Notes under the pieces: generated by a model
Seen by the model: the letters and a program-made list of their open reading frames with translations, nothing else
What the model was told of the DNA's origin: nothing
Databases searched by the model: none
Translations under genes and position numbers: made by a program
In this document: in pieces, positions 10,811 through 22,566 of the stretch
How the letters are laid out: each line of letters starts with the position of its first letter
How positions within the stretch are numbered: position 1 is the stretch's first letter
Assembly (NCBI GenBank): GCA_009602735.1
Contig: WELA01001939.1
Coordinates: 1 to 36,602 of the forward strand
Reading direction: 5' to 3'
DNA from: Mesotaenium endlicherianum
Taxonomy: Eukaryota
Length of the DNA stretch: 36,602 nt

Positions 10811-13800
10811 ATGCTGGCCAACGAAGAGGTGAAGGCTCCAATGACTGCTCTGGATGCCTTCAAACATGCCTACACATGCGGCTTAGGCGGTAACATGTTG
10901 AAGAATGAAGAGAGGAGCTCTGCAGTCGTTACTTGCAATAAGCATGTCCTTCTGAAGGTTTGTTCCTCACAGATCTGATTGCAAGCTAGTAGTTTACCCA
11001 TCCTTCTTCGCCACCATTGCCAAATCGCTGCTGATTATGATGGATTTTGGAGGGATGTAACCGGAAACTCACAGCACTTGTCCAGTCTGGAGTCAATCAA
11101 GTGCCTGCCATCATCTGGCCTTTGGTCCACAGCAGTGAGTCCAGATGAATAATAAGGGCTGAGGAGACAATTTGGACGACATTAGGTCATGTAATCATAT
11201 ACTGGCAAAGGAGCGCGTGTGGAGTGCCGTCACAAACCATCAAACTCGTTGACATGCTGCTGAAGCAAGTAATTCCTCCTGATACAACTGCATCAAATCC
11301 TGGCAAGCTTGCTGACGCATATAAATTGACGATGTCGGTCTCCTTGTCACACTGCAGGCTGTCAGAGCAGAACCTGCAAAGAGAAGAAAGGTAGAGCAGG
11401 CACCGTCTGTGCAGGGGCTTGTGATCGGGGTTGTGGGTCATGTCGAGCACACAAAGGAGGGCTGCCTAAGCCCCAGCACACTCTTCTCTGGCTGCAAGCC
11501 AGGGTTTGGCGATGGGGGGGGCTCTTGGCATCAAGCAGCTTGTGGGACTCTTCCCTTGGACCAGGGTTTGTGCGGAGCAAGTGAGGGGAAGCGCATTGTT
11601 GAGGGAGGCTATCAGGAGCTTGATGACGACGAGTTGCTGTTTGTTAGGGGGATCTTCATGGACAGCGGCTGCGAGGATGAGGTTGAAGTGGTCCATGATA
11701 AGGCACTGGAGCAGGAGCAGGGGCTGCTGGACAGAGAGGCCGGTGTGCGGATGGAGACGGAGCAAGCAGCTGATGTGGAGGGCCTGGGAGCTGACAGATG
11801 TCTACACGAGTTGAAGGAAGTCAGGGGCTGCCCCGGCAGGGGAGTGGAGGGCAAGCCTGAAGAGGCCGAGGGGGGGACTGGCCAAGGTGTGGGTGTGACA
11901 AAATCGACAAAATCTACGGAGGTGGAGGTGGCCACCTGTGAGAGGCCTGGAACAGCATCTCCCGTAGCTCCACGTGGCGACTCCAGGATGTCTGCGGAGG
12001 CTCCTGGCAGCGAGAAGCCTGGATCAGCATCTCCTGATGCTCCACGTGGCAACATCGGGGAGTCTCCGAACGCTCAGTGCTCACCAAGCCCAAATGCCGG
12101 AGTTTGTCAGGCATCGAAAGGAGGGGGCTGTCATAATAAAGAGGGTAGCAATGCCCCCAATAAGGCCACCACCGCCAATGACGGCAGCAGATCTGGATCT
12201 GCTCAGGAGGATGCAGCACGTGGCGCAGGCCCTCAAGGTGCCGGCCCAGGCCCACCCGCATCTGCACAGGAGGGGGGCGCATCTGGCGGTCAGGCTGTCG
12301 CCACGTCGCCTTGTGCGGCCAGCGCACCCCAGGCAATGACGGATGCCCCCCCTGATGTGTCGACCTGCCTCACGCCTCAGGGCATTGGCCGCAGGCTGCC
12401 AGCTGGCATTGCCAGGCTCGCGCAGCGCCCCGTAGCCTCAGCCTGCGGGCCCCCGCGGCCCGACCACCCGACAGCTGCCAACCCTAGCCCTAGCCCTCGA
12501 GCTGGCGCTGGCACTGGCACCAGCTCTGCCGCTAGCGCAGTTAGACACTCTAGTAGCGCAAACGGGCGGACGTCCCCTGGGCAGCGCAGTTGCGGTAGCG
12601 GCAGCCCCGTACCCCTGTCCCCACGAAACTCAGTCCCACAAGCTACTGCTGCACTTGTTGATGCACCCCCGGGGGGAGGATCCAGGAGGAGCCCTTCTCC
12701 TGCTCCTGCACCTGCACCTTCTCCTGCACACATTAGCCTGCAGGCAGATGTCACCTGCAGCATAGGAACCGCAGATGTTGCTGCTGCCGCTGCTCATGCA
12801 GGCTCAGGCGCATCAGGGCCTGCTCTAACACCCCCCCCCTCCACCCCTTCAGCCCCCCCTTCCATCCGTGCGGTCCAGCTTGCGCCCTTGGAAGCAGGCG
12901 CAGCTCAGGTGGCTGGGAGCCAGGCGGCCCTTGGAGATCTGGGCGGCGGCGCGTCAGGGCCAGCTGTTGCGCTCGCGGCTGCTCCTTCTCTGCCGCCGGC
13001 TGCAGCTTCCGTAGCAGCTGCTGCAGAAGCAGGCAGAGGAGCAGAATCAGTGGCAGCAGCAGAAGCAGGCACAGGAGAAGCAGCAGCAGCAGCGGCGGCG
13101 GCGGCAGTAGCAGCAGCAGGCAGCAGCTCGCCAGGTGTGCCCGTCCCAGAGAGCCCCACCGGGGGAAGGGGGGGGGTCCGCGTCAAGGGCTCCTCCCCTC
13201 CTCGGGCCCACGTGCTGACGAGGACAAACTCCGTGAGTGCCAGCACGACTCCCAGCGTTCCCCCCTCGCTGCTGCTGAGGTCGGCCTCCCTGCCGTCCCT
13301 CTCCTACCCCTCCCTCATCTCACCCACGGGCGTGGGCGGCAGCTTCCTCGCCTCGCCTACAGGTGGCGCGCGGCCTGGGGCGTTCCCTGTGGCGGGCAGC
13401 GCGCTGGGCGGCGTGGGCGGCCTGCCGCACCTGCACCACCAGCAGCACCACCAGCAGCAGCAGCAGCGGCAGCGGCTGGTGCCCTTGCGCGTGCCTCTGG
13501 CTCCTCCCCGTCAGCACCTCATGAAGGCGGCAGGGCTCTTCTCAGTAGCGGCAGCGTCGGCGGCGGCAGCGGCAGCAGCCAGCTCCAGCGCCAGCGCGCT
13601 GCTGCCAGCTGGCATCCCCCCGGCCGGGCAGCGCGGCGCCAAGATCCTCAGCCTCATGGGCATGCCCCACGCCAACCTCCGGCTGCCCCCCCTCGGTCAA
13701 ATGCACCCCCCACCCCCCCCCCTCCAGCTGGACTACCAGCTCGCGGCATCCCTGGGCTACTACGGGCCCAACAGCCCCAGCGCTTGTCAGTCCCCCTCCG

Positions 13801-14288
13801 CGTGCCCCTCCCCTGGTGCTCTGGCCAGCCCCCGCAGCCCCTCGCCATACAGCAGGGGGGGAGCGGCTACCATCCACCAGCTGCCCCCCAGGCCAGGAAA
13901 GATCGACGGGGTGGCAATCTCCCCCCGGGGCTTGGGCGGCCCCCAACCGCCCAAGTTTGTGCCCCCCCCCCCTCTCTCGTCGGCGCGGTCCCCACGGGGG
14001 GGGTCCCCCTCCTTCGCAAGCTCCTCCCCTGGGGGCGCCACCTCATCGCCCCGCACGAGCATGAATGTGAGTGCGAGCCGCCTGCTTCTTCCACCGACCC
14101 CAGCTCTCCTGTTGCTCTCGCTTGCTCTTCTGGCGCCCCCGCTATGCACGCGCGTCGCTCCATCTGAGAGTGCCCTGCGCCCCTGCGCGCCCAGCCGCTG
14201 TAGCCGTTGTCTTAGCAGTGCATGTTGTCTGCACACTCTGTACATGTGTATGCGTAGGTGGAGAGGGGGGTGCATGTGTGCGCGAGGG

Positions 14289-14325
<37 letters not shown>

Positions 14326-16623
14326 CCAAGTGTGTGCGCCCGCATGTGCGTTACATTAGGGTGTGGGTATTCACGTCAATCTTTCTCTTCCAGTCGCCCT
14401 CTCTCTTTGCCCCTCTTTGAATTCTTTCACCCTTCGACGCGTGCGGCCCCTGGCTGACGAGTGGTTCTTGTGTCCCTGCATCCTTTGCTGTGGCATGGTG
14501 CGCCTACATTCCTTTCTCCTTGCCAGGTGGCGAGCTGGCCAGCTGCAGCCACAATCGAGAATGCGTCACCGAGGGGGGTCTCCCCCCCTGCCAGCAGGCA
14601 GGGATTTAAGGGTTGCCACCTGGCAGAGCCTCGGGCCGTCGGGGGCTCTTCCCTCAGCAGAGTAGCAGCGAGCGGGAGTGTTGCCCTACCAGTGTCCCCT
14701 TCTCCTCAGATGCTCCCAAACAGCCACGTGGCAGGCGGGCGGAATGGCGTGGCGCAGCCCGAAGGGCTCCCCTCGCCCCGCAACCTGCAGCAGCCGCCCT
14801 CGCCCCGCAATCTGCAGCAGCAGCAGCAGCACCACCACCACCACCACCAGCAGCAGCAGCAGCAGCAGCATGCCCTGCAGCTGCAGAGGTCGCTCTCGGG
14901 CGACATTTCCGACGTCGTCTTCACGGCCCTCCAGGCCGCCAGCCCCCGGGGCCACCACGCTGCGGCTTCTGCTGCCGCCGGCTCCGGCACTGGCGTCGAC
15001 GGCCCTCCGTCCGCCGCCGTTGCTGCTGCCAAGTCGCTCACAGAGCTCATGCCGCCGCCCGGGTGGAGCCAGCAGGGTTCCTCCGCCGCGGCCATCGCAA
15101 GGGGCGGCGCCGGTCCGCCAGGTGTCGCTGCTCTTGCAAGCCCTGCCGCTGCCGAGGCGCAGGGGCACGCCGGCAACAGTAACAGGAAGAGCGCAGGCAC
15201 TGGGGGCACGGGCAATGCTGCTGCTGCTGCTGCCAGCCTGGCAGGCCGCCGGGACGCTTCTCTCCCTCCCTTGGGCTCCTTCAATGGCTTCCTGGCGGGC
15301 TCCTCCCCCTCCCAGGAAGCCTCCTCTGCCATCGAGGGAACGCTGGCCGCCCTGGTCAAGTCAGCCGGCGGCGGCACGTCAGACACGCTCAGCAGCAACG
15401 GCTCCCCGGCCTTGCTGGCGATGGCTGCTCGCAGCCCCCGCAGCAGTGCAGGCGTGGTGCTGGCCAAGCCCGCGCTGCCAGGTGCCGCGCTGCAGCCCGG
15501 CGGTGGGGCGCAGCTCTGCAGCCCGGTTGCGAGGAGGGAGGGTGCTGAGGGGCAGAAGCTTGTTTTGGCGCCAGCGTCGGCGGTGACGAGGAGCCTGAGC
15601 TCGCCTGCGAGGGCGACAGCTGTTCCCCCAGGGCCGGCAGGGCATTCGTGGCTGGGAGGAGCGCCGAATCGAAGCGTTGATCTGCTAGATTTGAAGGTGG
15701 CAATGATGGCCCCTGGCAGCTTGGGCGAGCGACGCGCAGCAATGGTGCAGCAGCAGCAGCAGCGGCAGCACAGCCTGGGGAGCCCCAGAATGCCAGTGCC
15801 CTCCGTCACAACCGCGGCGCATGCGGTGGGGAAAGCGCTCGCAAGCCCAATGGCCCTCGCTGGCGAAGCCCGGCAAGCGCACGCATGCTCTCCGACGAGG
15901 GAAGGCCGCCCTGGGGCGCAGGTGCAGGCAAGCAACAGCTCCACCTGGCAGCTCCTGGGGGGCAGGCCTTCTCACCTGGAGCTCGGAACGGGAACGCTGG
16001 CAGGCGAGGTGCAGGCCCTTCTGCGGCCAGCTGGCACGTCCCTAGGCGACGACAGGTGTCTGCCCACGTGGCTGCCCGAGAGCGCGCTCTCCCTTGAGGA
16101 CATCCTAGACCAGTTGGACAGCGGGCAGAGCTCGTCTGCCGAGAGCGTGCTCACAGCGGGCGGCGACAGCGAGCGGGCCGCCCCCAGCGGCTGCCAGGTG
16201 GCTGCCCCGGAGCTGCATGGCCTGTGCGATATGGAGGCCCTCCTGCCTGGCCAGCTGGCGCCGCCGGCCGAGGAGAGAGGGCGAGGCGGGGCTGGGGACG
16301 ACGACTCGTTTCTCGAGCGCTGCATCGCGGGCGCGGGGAACAGCGACAGCGGCTACGCCATCTGCGGTCGCAGCAGCAGCGGCAGCAGCAGCTATCAGCA
16401 CAGCCTGGGCGTGGGCGTGGGCGTGGGCGTGGGGGCAGACGTGAGCATGGGCATGATGAGTTTGGCTAGTGTGATGAGCGCCAGTATGGGTATGGGCATG
16501 GGCATGGGCATGGGCATGGGTATGGGCGCGGGCATGGGGGAGGTGGGCGGGATTGACGACGACGATGAGATGGGCGGGGGGAGCGGCTTGGAGTGTGCCG
16601 ACGGAGTCATACACCTGTGGTGA
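10811..16623 (+). CDS. Large low-complexity (Ala/Gly/Ser/Pro/Gln-rich) predicted nuclear protein, ~1600-1650 aa; exons 11358-14066 and 14527-16623, first exon uncertain (10811-10957 or 11254-11268)
   Basis: Two long ORFs join in phase 0 through aat|GTGAGT (14067) and ctccttgccAG| (14526). That intron contains a (GT)n tract. An acceptor ctgcAG at 11357 follows a ctgac branch-like site and opens AVRAEPAKRRKV (NLS-like). Both candidate first exons start with ATG and end at phase-0 donors. The protein has polyQ/H tracts, many SP/SPR motifs and an acidic C-terminus. No globular domain was recognised. Confidence 0.7.
14293..14324 (+). repeat. (GT)n microsatellite in intron
   Basis: Perfect tg run. 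Confidence 0.95.
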
Positions 16624-16745
16624 ATGGCTGCTGCTCCTGATTCCAAATATCCCCCCCCCCCGCCCCCCCCCGTTTTTCCATCCCTCCCCTTCTTCTCCTC
16701 TTTTTTTCGGCTCGACGTTCTCCCTCTCTTCGGGCTTACTTCTCC

Positions 16746-18598
16746 CATCTCGTCCTCTTCGGATCATGTTCCCTTTTTCCCATCCCCCTGCTCGAGGCAC
16801 AGGGCAAGGGGACAGCTGGAGGCAAGGGGCGAGCACACGCGCACAAGGGTGAGCTGAGCTGGACTTCGCCTGCTTGCTGGGCAGGCTGGGGAAGGGGGGA
16901 AAGGAGGAGGCGGAGGAGGTAGCGGGTGGAGAGCTGGCAGTCAATGATGATGAATCATGAAGATGACTGTCGCGGCAACGGACGAGATGCGCGCGCTCGC
17001 ACCGAAGGCTTTAGAGAGTGGAGGCTAGGTGAGGGGCGGCGAGGCGGGGGGTGGATGATAGCGTGCTGGAGAGGCCCACCCCTTTCTCTTCAAGCCAGGT
17101 GTCGCTCTCCCACTACGTCGGAGAAGCACGGCGGGACATCGGAGAGCCCTCTGTTGCAGGCTGAGCTGCTGCCTGAGGAGTCCCGGGTGAGAGGAGAGGA
17201 GACCAGAGCCCTTCCGGTATTCTTGCAGTCTTGTGTGATCTTGTGCCGATACCTGGTAAAATGTAGGAGTGACCTGGTCTGCTGAGGCTCGCTCTGAGGA
17301 CAAGGAGGAGACTTGCTAGAGTGGCCCTACTCGCCTTCGGCTCGCTCTGCTGTTCCGTGTTGCCTAGCGTGGCATGGCGCCTGCTGCTGTCCTGTCGCAC
17401 GCCGCACTCCGCCCCTCTCCTGCCGAAAGCACTTCGACAGACAGGAGGAGGGAGGGTGGAGAGTGCCTGCCCCAGGGAGGCAGGAGGGCACGTTGACGAG
17501 CCTAGCTCGCAGAGGAGAAGGGGCGAGAGAGAAAGAATGTGAGCCCCGGTGCCTAGAGGAGGAGGAGGAGGAGGAGGAGGATGTACATATTGCTTTAAAA
17601 GCGGCGGCAGCGGTGGCAGCTGCGTTGGCATCAGAAGCTTCCTGCCGAGGGACTGTCGGAGCCGAGCAGGTNCATCTCGTCCTCTTCGGATCATGTTCCC
17701 TTTTTCCCATCCCCCTGCTCGAGGCACAGGGCAAGGGGACAGCTGGAGGCAAGGGGCGAGCACACGCGCACAAGGGTGAGCTGAGCTGGACTTCGCCTGC
17801 TTGCTGGGCAGGCTGGGGAAGGGGGGAAAGGAGGAGGCGGAGGAGGTAGCGGGTGGAGAGCTGGCAGTCAATGATGATGAATCATGAAGATGACTGTCGC
17901 GGCAACGGACGAGATGCGCGCGCTCGCACCGAAGGCTTTAGAGAGTGGAGGCTAGGTGAGGGGCGGCGAGGCGGGGGGTGGATGATAGCGTGCTGGAGAG
18001 GCCCACCCCTTTCTCTTCAAGCCAGGTGTCGCTCTCCCACTACGTCGGAGAAGCACGGCGGGACATCGGAGAGCCCTCTGTTGCAGGCTGAGCTGCTGCC
18101 TGAGGAGTCCCGGGTGAGAGGAGAGGAGACCAGAGCCCTTCCGGTATTCTTGCAGTCTTGTGTGATCTTGTGCCGATACCTGGTAAAATGTAGGAGTGAC
18201 CTGGTCTGCTGAGGCTCGCTCTGAGGACAAGGAGGAGACTTGCTAGAGTGGCCCTACTCGCCTTCGGCTCGCTCTGCTGTTCCGTGTTGCCTAGCGTGGC
18301 ATGGCGCCTGCTGCTGTCCTGTCGCACGCCGCACTCCGCCCCTCTCCTGCCGAAAGCACTTCGACAGACAGGAGGAGGGAGGGTGGAGAGTGCCTGCCCC
18401 AGGGAGGCAGGAGGGCACGTTGACGAGCCTAGCTCGCAGAGGAGAAGGGGCGAGAGAGAAAGAATGTGAGCCCCGGTGCCTAGAGGAGGAGGAGGAGGAG
18501 GAGGAGGATGTACATATTGCTTTAAAAGCGGCGGCAGCGGTGGCAGCTGCGTTGGCATCAGAAGCTTCCTGCCGAGGGACTGTCGGAGCCGAGCAGGT
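16746..18598. repeat. 926-bp apparently exact tandem duplication (16746-17671 and 17673-18598) separated by a single N; probable assembly artefact
   Basis: Offset is 927. ORF translations are identical (16926 vs 17853, 17025 vs 17952). The junction is one n at 17672. Confidence 0.9.
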
Positions 18599-21547
18599 GG
18601 GGAGGCGCGCAATGTGCAGCGGGCACTAGGCGGCAGCGGCAGGCGGCCGCTGGCCGGCAAAATCGGAGCTTCTGCTAGGGCGACGTGAATTCCGCAGCGG
18701 GCGTGCCTGACGGGGCCTGCGGTTGCCCTTTACGACTTGCTTGATCTGGGGGCGACGAGCGCGAGCTTGCTCGAGCTGTCACTTGCTCGCTCACTCACTC
18801 ACTCAGGAGAACGTGGGTGGGGAGTGCTTGCTGCGACGTTTCAAGTGCACAGCTGTCGACGATGGGCCTGTGGCAAATGGCAGCCACTTTGGGGGGACTG
18901 GGGATTGCTTCTGGACACGCGCGAGGATCGTGGAACCGTGCCTGCCACTATGGGTATCTATATATCTATGTATCCCCACGTATGTTCATGTCTGTAGAGG
19001 CTTTTATATTAGCGACATTAATATATATACATTCAATTGCGTCTGTAGGGTTTTGCGATCGAAGACTAGCTGGTGTTGGAAGAGATGTTCAGGTCTTGCG
19101 GAGGATGGGGTCTATGACAGCACATGTGGGAAAGGATAAGCTGAGGCGTGAAGAGGGTCGCCAGGTGGCGGCCTGTGTCAAGGAGGTGGACCTGTCTGCC
19201 AGCTGTCGATGTAGTGGTGGCGATGGGTCCCTGGCTAGGAGAGTTTTTTTGAGGGGGGGGAGGGGGGAGGGGAGAGGAAGGGGGTGGAGAAAAGGCAGGC
19301 CAGTGAGAGAGGGAGAGCCTGTGGCACGTGCAGCCGGCAGGTGGAGCAGCTGCAGGCTTTCTGGTGGCGCTTCTGGGCTGCCCTGCATTGCCAAAGACTT
19401 GGGGGCACCTGGTGTCGCTATCCTAGGCGCCTTTCTGGGGGAAAGGGCGTGTCTGGTCCTCCTCGGGCACGGTGACCGTTTCTGTTTTGGCCTTTGACAG
19501 GGCGTCCTTTCCAGCAGCTCAATTGTGCTCATGCATGCGAGGCTTTCCCCTTTGCAGCTATTGTGAAGAGTGTAGGCAGCCAGCGGCAGTGGACCCGCAC
19601 GCACAATCAACTCTGGAGGGGCGTTTGGGAGAGCAGATCTGGAGCAGCAGCAGCAGCAGCAGCAGCAGCCTTACGATAGGTAGGGGGCAGTTGTTGCATG
19701 GGCGATGCTCGCTTCATGGGAGCCGGTGCTTGTGCTGTGGTTAAGCTGGAAGTAGAGTACCTGACGCAAGGGAGTTGATGACAGCTTGCACTAGTGCCCC
19801 AACATAGAGGACAGATGCCTTACTAGTATTTTTTCATTTACAAATTATTTATTTTAGGATGCTCTTATGTGCCGTAGATGGTGGTTACATCGGCAAAGAC
19901 TACATTTTGGGTCGAGTAGAGCTTAGTATCAAGTCTCTTGGTCCTTACCTTAGCGCAACCGCTGAAGTGGTGCTCTTTTTAGCTAGGTCGTGATTTTTTT
20001 TTCTTGCAACGGTTATCAAAGCTTGCCCGTTTTGAACCTGCAAATTCCCGGCTGTTGAAGTCGAGGATTTTGAAGTTGCTGCATTACTTGATGCCTCTGG
20101 TGTTACTATGACACCAGCCATGAAACTATCGTTCTGAAACACTTATCACCGACAGTATTCTGCAGGCATGAGTGTCTTTTATACTTCGAAGTTCTCGCAT
20201 AGGAGCATGAGGTCGCATGGGGACTTAAATTGGTTCAAGACCCTCAGGTTGGGTGCGGTCATACTGACCTTTAAAGGGCCCGTCCTTCGCATTAACCTTC
20301 GTTATATATATAGCCAGTTGGCAACGTCAAACAGGGCATATATGCTGTCGCTGGCTTTGCAGAGCATGGTTACCAATCCTTGACCTCAAACTACTTTGTG
20401 CAGTGCACTTGGGCAGCGTATCTTGCACATTGTGTGTCACGCCTCCTCACTGCCTATCATGCTTGCAGTGCTTCAGGTCAGATTTTTTCCCCTCCATGCA
20501 CATAGTTTATTTGTTGTGTTGGTATACCTACGCAGCCCTATACGCAAATGTGCCACGTTCTCACATCCCTTGCACATGCAATGAACATATATACATACAT
20601 ATATGTATATGGTGCAACCAGCGCCGCAGATATTCATGGGTCTCTCAGCAATTTACTAGCAAATGCATGAGATTGCTTCGGGACCCCTCGCAGTGAATCA
20701 AGAATCTAGGTTTCCAAAAGCATTTTTATGATGGGTGAACGGCTTTTCAAGTCGGGGGACAAATATGATCAAATACTGCTAAATTAAAGTCCAAAACTTT
20801 TTAAGCAACCGAGTCGACTCCAAAACTTTTATTGACCCTTGCATGCCACATTGTCAGAACTTCTTCAAACTCTTCAGTTTGACTACATCTCAACAACGAA
20901 CATGTTTGTGGTTGGTCCAAACGTGTTTATGTGTTAACAACCTTACAAGGTTGAAATTTGAAATCCAAAATCAAAGAAGTAGTCAGACAAGTTGTGTACA
21001 TGGCTTCCATTGGCCAGTGAATACACCGTCAAGATTGCCTGGAACAATGAACTTGGCCTGATATGTTCTTCTACAACTTCATACTATTTGTCCTGCCAAG
21101 TTATGTGTGGGCGTAACACGACTGTCGACAGCTGAACCAAATATCAACTATGAACCAGTCAAATCTCATTTTATTAAATAGATATGATTTATTTGCCGAT
21201 CTGAATGGGTCAAAGTGACACACTTGGACACTCGTTCTTTTCCAATGACATTGTTTACAACCTACCAACCTTGCGTGTCGCACGGTCAATATGGCGTTTT
21301 GGAAATGTAAATTTAATGAGGCCTTGAGTCTGAGAGGCCGATATGGGGTTATAGATGTAGAGGGTTATAAACATAACCCTCAAACAACAGCCTGGTATGC
21401 ACGCGCAATATTTTACAAGTGTTTGACATTGCTGGGGACAACCAAAACTTGGGCAATATTGGAGACGGCCCCGCAACAGCACGTGCTCTAGCTACAAAAA
21501 ATCAAAGCTGACCCGCAATTTTCATTTGTGCCTGCATGCTCTACGTC

Positions 21548-21732
21548 TTATGCTCCCTTACGAGGGCTCGCTTCGGCAAACAGAGCCTTGCTTGAGTCTT
21601 TGGGTAGGGTGAGCTGCCTGAATATAAGGTACTCTTCCACTGATGTGCCCGTGCTCTCAATAACCTGCTCTAGCAGAATCGTTACATACGCACGCATGCA
21701 CGCACAAGCGCGCACGCCCGCGCACACACACA

Positions 21733-21776
<44 letters not shown>

Positions 21777-22533
21777 TGTAAGGCACTGACGGCAACTGTT
21801 GGCCAAAATTTTTCCACCCTGGCAGAGCCACCAGCATGGGTAAATGAGCAACGATGTCAATTGAGAGACTGACACCAGGTGGCCCAGAGAAGCCCAGCCC
21901 AGAGAAGGCCAGCCAAGCGCCAAGCCAACCAACGGCAGCTTGCGGAGCACCAGCAAACAAAACTGAGCTTCGATGGAGCCAGACCACCCCTGCCCCGCCT
22001 GTGAAGGCCCTCCCATGCAGAAGCTTATCGCAGCATCGACAAGGTATTAACTAGCAGCAGCTCTGCCTGGCGCGAGGACACGCCTGGCCCATGGGCAGGA
22101 TTGGTCACCATGTCGCCATCAGGCCCAGCTCTGTGGCAAACGGGTAAGCTCTATCCCCTGCTCCCCCGCATTGCTGCTTGGTGCAGCAACAACCTTGTCA
22201 TTTGATTTCCAAGCATGAACCCACAGAGGGCGTGAACATGCATACACGTAGACACACACTTGCGCGCACACGTCTGCGTAGAGCATTGACACAGAACACA
22301 CAACTCATGCACCTGCGCATGCACGCGCGCACGGACGCGCGAACACACATGCGTGTGCACATACACACACACACATACACACACGCGCACACGTAGAGAC
22401 ACACACACACACACGCACACATAGACACACACACACACACATACTCACACACAAACACAAACACAAACAGACACACACGCACACACACAAACTCATCAAA
22501 ATCACACACACCCACCACATGCACGACACACGC

Positions 22534-22566
<33 letters not shown>

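Noticed and set aside
14686..16325. Antisense and alternate-frame ORFs over GC-rich exons (also 26254-28288)
   Set aside because: Expected shadow ORFs in GC-rich, low-complexity coding DNA.
20757..21093. GGACAAATA…TATTTGTCC inverted repeat as a MITE
   Set aside because: Only 9 bp long, with no TSD.
21465..21492. Helitron-like 3' end (…gcaacagcacgtgctCTAG)
   Set aside because: No proper GC hairpin, and CTAG is not followed by T.
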